A stretch of DNA of 64,000 nucleotides, taken from assembly GCF_009914755.1 (NCBI RefSeq), contig NC_060947.1; one strand, written 5' to 3'. This document shows positions 43,493 through 64,000 of the stretch, one piece after another. The notes under the pieces were generated by a model. It was not told the origin of the DNA and did no database searches. It saw only the letters and a list, made by a program, of their open reading frames with translations. The stretch is from the human T2T-CHM13v2.0 reference genome, Homo sapiens. The position numbers were made by a program, and so were the translations under genes. Each line of letters starts with the position of its first letter. Position 1 is the stretch's first letter.

Positions 43493-44404
43493 CTGAAAAA
43501 AAAATACAGTACATGTAGTTATCTATTGTAGTCTAGTTGGCTAATAGTTTGCTAATATATGGTAAATAAAAGGGAGGTAATACCTATATTTTAACTTTTG
43601 CTTTTTAATTTATAACAACTCTATTGTCTTAGGCAGCTTCTTAAGCTTCTCCCCTTGATTTTCTTTTATATAATAAGAATAATGATCCTAAAGAAATGGA
43701 GTGGTCGTAAGGGACAATTAGGTATTTTATAAAGCAACAGGTAAATTAAAACAAGTGCTTAATACTGAAGTATACAAATAGATAAAAATACATCATAGCT
43801 GTGAATAAGTGTAAAAAACTCTTGAGTACCTTCCTCTGGATGAACTGGAACAGTAATTGAAAGATATTATATATGCTCATATAATACACAAGAAAAAATA
43901 GCAAAATCAACTTTCTCCTAAACTAAAATGCTCATACATCAATTAAAGGAAATCTTTATGAGATGAAGTAGGAGGAAAAAAATAGTATTGATTTGTTTGT
44001 TTCTGGAGTAGAGTGAAGTCAAATAAAGGCAAACTGAACCACTTTATCCAGGGCCTCTGTATGAAGAATGTTCTTATCCATTCCTCCCCTACCAAACAGT
44101 AAGTGATAATAATAACAAGAGTCAACACTCATAGAGCACTGAACACTTACACAAGCATTTTACAATTAAAACCTTATTTTAACCTTACAATAACTCTTTA
44201 AGGTAGGTATTATGCCAGTGCTGTTTCCATTTTACAGGTGGGGAAACCCAGGCATAGAGAGGTTAAGCAAATCATCCAAAGGTACAAAGCCAGGAAATGC
44301 CAAAGACAGAAATTGAACCAAAACATTCTAGCTGCAGAGTCCATGCTCTTAACCACTTTTTGGGAGAAAACGTTTCTGAAGATTTGTTTAAAAAGCCAAG
44401 GTTG

Positions 44405-45075
<671 letters not shown>

Positions 45076-45504
45076 GAATACCAGGGGAGTATTCCCAAGA
45101 GAATATTTTTTTGCTGACTAAGAAAGAAAGGGAAGAAGACCAAAACAAACATTACCAGTAACTCTGAGAGAATAAAAAACTGCCAGTTCCTCTGCTGTAA
45201 TGCCATCCTGAATCACAAGCTGGAAAACCCCTATTCTAAAGTGAAACCTTTAGCCAACCAACTTCCCTGGTTGTTGCTCTCTCAGAGCAGTGAGAACTTA
45301 AGTTGGGGCCTTACCTGAACTTGACTGGGGGCTTATCTGGCCCCTTCACGATCAGATAATAGTCAGTCTGGTTTGCTCAAATCACTTTGGGGCCGACAAG
45401 ATAGTGAGAAGTAATGGAAACTTACTATCACTGCATTCTGAATTCATTTAGGAACAGTACAGGTCTGACTCAGGTCTCTCACCTCCTTGGCCCTGACTCT
45501 TTTC

Positions 45505-45915
45505 CAAGGAACTCAAACAAACCAGTAAGAAAAAAAAACAAATAATCCCATCAAAAAGCAGGCAAATGACATGAACACACACTTCTTAAAAGAAGACTTA
45601 CAAATGGCCAACCAACATATGAAGAAATGCTCAGTATCACTAATCATCAGAGAAATGCAAATTAAAACCATGAGATACCACCTCCGCCCAGCCAGAATGG
45701 CCATTATTAAAAAGTAAAAAATAATAGATGTTGGTGTGGATGTGGTGAAAAGGGAACACTTACACACTGCTGGTGGGAATGTTAGTACATTAGTACTAAC
45801 ATTAGTACAGCCTCTTTGGAAAGCACTACAGAGTTTTCTCAAAGCTAAAAGTAGATCTACCATTCCATCCAGCAATCTCACTACTGAGTATTTAGCCAAA
45901 GGAAAAGAACTCATT
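45505..45915 (+). mobile_element. L1PB-like ORF2 3' fragment
   Basis: CAAATGGCCAACCAACATATGAAGAAATGCTCAGTATCACTAATCATCAGAGAAATGCAAATTAAAACC. Confidence 0.8.
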
Positions 45916-45966
45916 AAATCCTCTTATTGTTTCTTGATCACTAATCAGTCCCTCTCCTTCATTTAA

Positions 45967-47182
<1,216 letters not shown>

Positions 47183-47997
47183 TAGACAACTGTTTAGCAA
47201 TAGTAAACTCTTTCCAAGGTAAAAAGAGAGGGGTTTTTTCTGCATTATATGGGCTGACTGGTAAATTTTCTATATGATCATGATCTCTAGTGAAATTTAA
47301 TTAATTAAAATAAAAACAAATAAATGCAGTTCACCACTATTTGTTAAATATGCTGTGCCTACAAGGATAAAAAAAAAATGGTCACTACTTTTCTTTCATG
47401 AAAACTAAAGCTTTCAATTCTTTCAATTCAGGCTTTACACAATCACTTCAGATTTCTAAGACCAGAGTAAGGTTTGAACATTTTGTCTTTAAAAACACTT
47501 TAGCATCTCTTTATCATTCACATTTGCCTGGGTGAAATAATGGCTTGAATAGCTCTTACAAGCATTCACAAAATGCCATACTCTTTCCATTCTCAGAGCA
47601 TGGGAAAGAAGTTCTGCCCTGGCAAACAAAGGTCAGAGTGAGCATGAGAATTTCCAGTTTATGTGCTTTCTGAATAAAAGCACCAGGGACTTCTTTTCCT
47701 GTAAGGTAAAACCAAGCACATCACTTTTTTTTTTTTTAATGTACAAGATAAAAATTGTGACAGGAAGAAACACAGATCTGCTCATTCCTTTCACAGCCAG
47801 AAGAGAAAGAAAGCCAAGCTCTCCAAAAGCAATATCTTGCATAATTTCTGTTGCCCTGACCATGTTCTTGGCAACCTGTGATCTGTGGAAATTCTTCTAA
47901 AGGGCAAAATCAATTATTCAGTGACATAAGAATAATGATTCCATATGTTGACATTATGTTGCTTTACTTAGTGAGGGATTTAAAATAAACATCTTAC

Positions 47998-48092
47998 TTG
48001 TTATTGGACTGCAGGGGTCTTAAGTAAGTAACAAGAAGAGACTGAAGTTCTTTAGCATATTCTTTTTCAGTGTCCAGGATGTTCTGTAACAC
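47998..48092 (-). CDS. ARHGEF6: ARHGEF6 exon 7: [31 protein letters not shown](N) (DH start)
   Basis: 95 nt, AG at 48093-48094, GT at 47996-47997; DH CR1 motif ILDTEKEY. Confidence 0.97.
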
Positions 48093-48369
48093 CTATGGAA
48101 AAAAAAGTCAATGTATTATAATCATCACGATAGTCTAAGGCAAAATGTAGCTTTGATCTTTTAACCAAATTACTAGGAAGAAAAAAGGTCCTATTTACTC
48201 AGGCTACCATTGCAAGCAAGGAACACAAAATCTGAATGCATTTTCTTTCAATCTAGCAAACTACTTTAATTATTGCATGACAACTGGTTATATTGCACAA
48301 TTCATATGAATACAATTTTTCAGTTGCCCATAACTGAAGGGGCCTTGCGATTTACACAGTACTGCTTGG

Positions 48370-48492
48370 TTATTTATTTCTTGTAGAGACAGGATCTCTC
48401 TATGTTGCCCAGGGTGGTCTCAAACTCCTGGTCTGGAGCAATCCTCTTGCTTCAGCCTTCCAAAGTGCTGGGATTACAGATGTGAGACCACA
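48370..48492 (-). mobile_element. FLAM-like Alu monomer, TSD CACAGTACTG
   Basis: Left-arm Alu between direct repeats. Confidence 0.85.
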
Positions 48493-49008
48493 TCAAACCC
48501 CACAGTACTGTTTAAAATGTTTTCATGTGCTGTAAATGATTTTATCCTCAGGAAGTTCTCAGTTAGTTAACAAAGAATCATTATTCCTCTTTTATGGAGG
48601 AGAAAATTGAGGCCAGCTACCTTAGACATAGAGACTTAATGTCAGTATAATTTAAGGATCACTGTGATAACAAACATCACAAGAGATTTTTGTTTAAGTT
48701 ATGTTTGTGATAAGACCTTTGGGGAACAAAATCTGAGGATACAGTGAATTTTTAAGCAGAGTTAAAACTAGTCTTTTCTTAAAGGCAAAAGGTGCTACCA
48801 TAAACAATTCAAAGAACAAAGTAGGCTGAAGTGTGAGGAATTTAACAAGAGAAATAAAAATTATCATTATTATTATTAATGTAATTAGAATCCTATAGGC
48901 AAAACAACCAATATGGGGGATCACAATTTCTCTTCCCCTACCAGTTCTAGGGTCATGTCACAACCCATTTCCAAGCCTCTTCTAGTGACAGGTAAAACCT
49001 TCATTTAA

Positions 49009-49129
49009 TACCTAATGTAAATGACGGGTTGATGGGTGCAGTGGGCCAGCATGGCACATGTATACCTATGGAACGAGCCTGCACATTGTGCACATGTACC
49101 CTAGAACTTAAAGTATAATAATAATTTTA
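49009..49129 (+). mobile_element. Very short L1PA 3' end, TSD AAAACCTTCATTTAA
   Basis: ACCTAATGTAAATGACGGGTTGATGGGTGCAG...TACCCTAGAACTTAAAGTATAATAAT; repeats at 48994 and 49130. Confidence 0.92.
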
Positions 49130-49647
49130 AAAACCTTCATTTAAGCTCTTAGGGACAACCCAGTTAACATTCTGGTATATTTTCTTTCATATATTCTAAT
49201 TCATTCAACAAAATCGACTGAGTGCCTATTCTGCCAACTGCCGTGCTGCCCACAGGGAGTTTATACTGTATTTGCAGAGACATTAAACAGAGAGTTACAA
49301 GACAGAGTGAAGTGTCCTTAACTAGGAGAAGTGTATTAGCCTACCAATATGCCAGCCATATACTCACAAGACAATGCATGATGATCTGCTTTTGAAAGGT
49401 GGAATGGTCAAAACAAGTGGAGATCCTGGTAACCGTGGGTTCTCTGGGAAACCACTGGAGTGCAGGGTGGTAGTCCTGACTCTGCTGCTGACTGAGAGGT
49501 TGCTTCAGTTTAAAACTTTGCTTACATCATCTCAGATTATGATATTGCACCTACCTGGGGGACCATTATGAAGATGTAGTGACACACTGTACAGATAGGT
49601 GCTGGGTAAGTGGGAAACAGACCTACCAATTTAAAGGGTTAAAAAAG

Positions 49648-49780
49648 GGTTTCTCAATAGCAACATTATTAACCTTTCAAACCAGATAAGTCTTTGTTGT
49701 GATGGAATGCCCATATCATTGCCATGACATTGCCAAATGTCACCTGAAAGGCAATATTGCCCCCAGTTGAGAATCACTGG
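49648..49780. mobile_element. MER20-like hAT MITE, internally deleted
   Basis: GGTTTCTCAA...GACATTGCCAAATGTCACCTG...CCCCAGTTGAGAATCACTG. Confidence 0.65.
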
Positions 49781-50120
49781 CTTAGAAGAACACAGGATGG
49801 CTTCAAAAGCTCGGGCTTAAATTGTAACCCCTATACCCAGCCACTCATGTCTACTTTCAGTTCCTCTATTCCTCAGAAACTACCCTCTAAAAGTGTAAAT
49901 GCAGGGTTCTGGAGGTATTGATGTTCTCGGAAATTAACCCAGTAATGGAATAGAAATATTCCCCTCTATAGAAAGTCCAAGCGCGAGAATGGAAATTAGA
50001 AACTACTTTGAGATGAATGAAAATGAAAACACAACATACAAAAACTCATGGGGTGCAGTTAAACAGTGCTTAAAGAAAACTATATACTTATAAATGCCTA
50101 TTTTAAAAAAGAAAAAAAAG

Positions 50121-58040
<7,920 letters not shown>

Positions 58041-58362
58041 AGTAAAGCTATTATTTAAAAACAAAGCACAAATTTCTCACCTGTCAATAAAAACTCTTCT
58101 GTTTTTTCTCTGACTCCAAGTCCTTATGCAGGGTCATGGCCCTCAATACTCAAGCTTGTTCATCATGATAGCTCTTTGTCCATCTGTGTTGTTGTTCACT
58201 GCAGTTCCTCAAGTAATCACTTATACTCAGCACTGATATTCATTTTTTTTAATTCATAGAAATGGAGAGAAATGCACTAGAATTCAACAGTACTATATTT
58301 TATTAAGTAAAAAGGAGGAGGTAAGGCTCATATGCACATTGCTTTATTTAAAATATTTATTT

Positions 58363-59563
<1,201 letters not shown>

Positions 59564-61932
59564 TAGTATCTGTTGAAATAAAGAAAAACAACAGCAAACA
59601 GTCATTGCTTGAAGGGAATTTTTAAATTAGAAAAATCATAGATATTATTTTCATCATAAAATGTGATTTTTAAAACAAACACTACTTTAATTCCGTGGTT
59701 GATATAATTCACTCTGCTTCTCCCCCATTGAAATAGCCTTAATATTTCAACTCCCTTTAAAATGCTACCATCTGGGGCTCTTGTACCTGAAATTGCTAAG
59801 ATTCTTCAAGAAAGATGCCAAGTGTCCTGCTCCAGTGGGTTTATTTGCTAGGTGAGGCAACACACTTTCTAGGGTACCCATCTCTGCTGGAACCACTGGC
59901 ATAGGGCAGTTACTTCCCATGGGAGGGAGGCACGCAGACACTTCCTGCTGCCTTGGAGTGAGTTCTGGAGAGCTAAATGGAAATATACATTAAACTCCTA
60001 TGACTGCAAGTTTTGAGAGTGGCAGAATGGACTTTACAAAATTAAAATGACAAAAGTGGTTAATAAGTCTTTTTATCAAATTATGCCCCCCCCCCAAAAA
60101 AAAACGTGAGTAGTAATATACTAAATAGAACTTCTCTTGCTGTGGTTGGATGAGCAGGAATGTTCATCAGGGTGGATGTTTGGGATTCCTTCCCAAAGTC
60201 ACTCAGAACTTTATTGCTTTCTTCAATCTCAAAAGATCAACTGATGAACTTCTGAGACTGGTTCTTTATTTTTCAGGCCACAGGGCATCTAATGTAAAAG
60301 GATAAGAAGGGAAGCAGACAGAGAAGGCTATGTGCTCCCAAACAGAAGGCCTCAGTGGTGACTCAGAAGGCAAGGAGTTTGCCAGGCCAAGCAACTTCAG
60401 AGCAGTACAATTTGATCTGATGAAATCCATTCAAACTCACTAAAATAGACTCTGTCCAGACACTGCCTTTGCCTCCCTGACTCTGTCTTCACAAGGACAA
60501 CTGGGCATCCTTTTGCTCAACCAACCTTTGCCTGAATTCAGAATAAAATAGACAGTGAGAAACCACAGGAAAAAAAAAGGTGGAGGCTTTTGCTACCACC
60601 ATCCTGGGCTATTGATTTTCCAATAAAACACATTTCCCACATTTCCTGGAGAGGCTTTAGAGTGAGTTTGTATAACTATGTTTTCCAAAGGGAAGGAGTC
60701 ATAAAAGTATAAAGAAATTATTTTAAGAAACTAAAATGCATAAACAATGGCTGAAAACAGAGATATCTCCAATGATAAAGGAGACTATAATGGTCTCAGG
60801 AAACCTTAAATCAAAGCAAAAATATTACATTATAGGAATTCTGAGATAATTATGGTGCCTATGAAAATGAGCTAATGTTGGTAAAGTTCTTTGAGAACAA
60901 AAAGGGCAATATATTATAATATTTATGTCATATTTGATTTCTATGCCAGTAGAACCGCCTGCAGTGATTGATTCTGCACGCCCAGGTCCTTAGCTTTCAC
61001 AAAACAAGCAGCACTACTCCCCATTATCCACAAATAGATTCACGAACTCCACAGGATCCTGTCACTTCCTCCACCTCCAGCCCTCACATGGAAGAGCAGT
61101 ATGGAGGAGTAAGATGGGAAGAGGGTAAGAAAGAAATAAGAGCGGATATGGAAAAGAGAATCAATGGATAGATGTGTAAGGTAGTTTAGGCTAGTAGAAT
61201 TAAAAAGGTGGGTGAGCACTAGAAAGGTAGAAAAATCCAGGGTGGCAGAGAGAGGTAGATAGATGAGTGAGAGAGAAAATGAGGGTGAGCAGAAGGCGGG
61301 AAGCTACAGCAAAGGTTACCCGAGGCTTCCTAGGATTTTTGTAATGTAACATGCCACAGCCTTCCTCCCACATTTTCTACTGCAGGCAGGTTCTATAAAA
61401 CATGCCCTTTAGGCATCTACCATTATGTTACATAAAGTAGGAGAAAGCAAGAACAAAATAAATGATATTGGTCCTTAGTGATTATATTTTCCTACTTGGA
61501 TGGGGGGAAATACCACCTTTCACTCTGCACACAGATGCTCATCCCCAGAGTTGAATATTAGGATTACTGTGAGTCTGGCCTATTTGTGACAGCACAAAGG
61601 CCAGCTTTATTAAGTGTGTTGCAATAGTTGCAGTGAATAAAGAATTTCATCTTACAAGGGATATTTGGATGGGAGAAGAAGAGCGTGCAGTCCACTCTCT
61701 GACCTGCAGGGACTAATTACAGACAGGCACATTCTTGCCTGGGAGAATTTGCTCATATGGCTCCCCCTGTCTGAATAAGCTTTCAGCTCTTCTCTGCTTG
61801 TCTAACTTCCGACCTTCCTCCAAGATTTGCCTTGAATCCTACATCCTCCATTCAACCTTTTCCTTGATTGGTTCTCATATTTTAGGTGAAGTGAGCATCA
61901 GAGCCACCTGTGTGTTAAGGGGAAGTGGTTAA

Positions 61933-62694
<762 letters not shown>

Positions 62695-63230
62695 TGAGAC
62701 CATGGGTGCCAAGACCTAAGTGCTGCACACAAATAAAGCCTGACAACCAAGCTGTATCAATTCCTTTTTCTGACTTTTACTTTTTAAATCTTCCTGGCAT
62801 ATAACATTAAGTTACAATGAGCAAAGAAAGACAATGGGCAGAAGAAGATTATTAGAAAAATAATTAATAGTGAGAGAAGTTTAACATATGGCAGCAATAA
62901 TTGAGGACAATTAAGGAACCAAGGTCAGGGGCAGCAAAAGCTTTCTCTGGACTGCCATGTCCCTCAAGGATGCTAAGTTCCTATTCAAAACAACAAGCCA
63001 GGAGTGGCCAAGTCTCAGTTACCCACATTAAACATGCCTAGTGGCAGGTGCGGGTCTGAGCTGGGTGCCCACAGCCACTTTGGTCACACTGGACAACTAT
63101 GTAACATTTCAAAATTGACATGACACCAGAATTGCATCAAGGCCTAAATGGGGCTGAAATCAGCAGATAATCCCTTAGAAACTTGAAAAAGGGGAGAATA
63201 TGTCTACAGATTTACAAATTCCCAGAGGTC

Positions 63231-63334
63231 TCTATCCTGCCCAAGTTTACAGGATGTGATGATTAATTTTATGTGTCGACCCAAGTTGGCACATAAAATT
63301 AATCATCACATCCTGTAAGCTTGGGCAGGATAGA
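63231..63334. repeat. Long inverted repeat: 50-bp arms, 4-nt loop, 47/50 complementary
   Basis: 63231-63280 vs reverse complement of 63285-63334, compared base by base. Confidence 0.95.
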
Positions 63335-63711
63335 CAGGGTGCCCAGATATTTAGCTAAACATTATTTCTGCATGTGTCTGTAAGGGTTTTCCAGATGAGA
63401 TTAGCATTTAAATTAGTAGGTGGAGTAGAGCATATTGCCTGCCTATTGTGAGTGGGCTTCATCCAATCTGCTAAGGACCTGAATAGAACAAAAAGGTAGA
63501 AGAAGGGAGAATTTGCTTTCTCTGTCTGCGTATTTGAGCTAGAAAATTGATCTTCTCCTGACCTCAGAGTGAAACTTACACTATCAGCTCTCTGGTTCCC
63601 AGGCCTTTGGACTTGTACGGAATTACACCACCAGCTTTCCTGGGTCTCCAGCTTTGAGACAGTAGAGTGTGGAATTTCTCAGCCTCCATAGTCACATGTG
63701 CCAATTCCTTA

Positions 63712-63772
<61 letters not shown>

Positions 63773-63829
63773 CCACCGCCCCCCACCCCCCACATTGGTT
63801 CTGTTTCTCTGGGAAACCTGACTAATACA
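63255..63829 (+). mobile_element. MLT2 (ERVL) solo LTR with 5-bp TSD CAGGA; internal (TC)n at 63717-63770
   Basis: TGTGATGATTAATTTTATGTGTC start, ...GTTTCTCTGGGAAACCTGACTAATACA end; CAGGA at 63250-63254 and 63830-63834. Confidence 0.88.
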
Positions 63830-63897
63830 CAGGACCAAAATAAAGGGAGCCCTGGGCTGGCAAAGACTCATTAAATGGAAGAGCATAAGAACAGGTC

Positions 63898-64000
63898 TGG
63901 CTGGGAGCAGTGTCTCACACCTGTAATCCCAGCGCTTTGGGAAGCCAAGGCGGGAGAACCACCTGAGGTCAGGAGTTCGAGACCAGCCTGGCCAACATGG
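63898..64000 (+). mobile_element. Alu 5' part, cut by window edge
   Basis: CACACCTGTAATCCCAGCGCTTTGGG...GAGTTCGAGACCAGCCTGGCCAACATGG. Confidence 0.9.

Overview
Primate, almost certainly human, genomic DNA (AluY/AluS/AluJ, L1PA, THE1). The window holds the 3' two-thirds of ARHGEF6 (alpha-PIX/Cool-2, a Rac1/Cdc42 GEF) on the minus strand. I traced 16 coding exons by hand (exons 7-22 in the usual 22-exon numbering, recalled from memory). All have GT-AG borders and consistent phases, and together give 1599 nt = 532 codons + TAA: DH domain, PH domain, GIT-binding region and C-terminal coiled coil. A ~2.5-kb 3'UTR ends near an AATAAA at 292-297. The upstream exons (CH, SH3) lie beyond the window. 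Introns are full of Alu, L1, L2, MIR, Tigger/MER and LTR remnants, some nested. There is no prokaryotic-type system. The best second-look items are: (1) a strong unused-looking 3' splice site inside the 3'UTR that is in phase with exon 21 and opens a 218-codon frame; (2) a 50-bp foldback hairpin across an MLT2 LTR junction; (3) a two-step inverted templated insertion in a MER2; (4) a polyadenylated ~640-bp orphan retro-insertion splitting an old L1; (5) a 21-nt microexon. Repeat subfamily names come from recalled consensus sequences and are tentative, and repeat boundaries are approximate.
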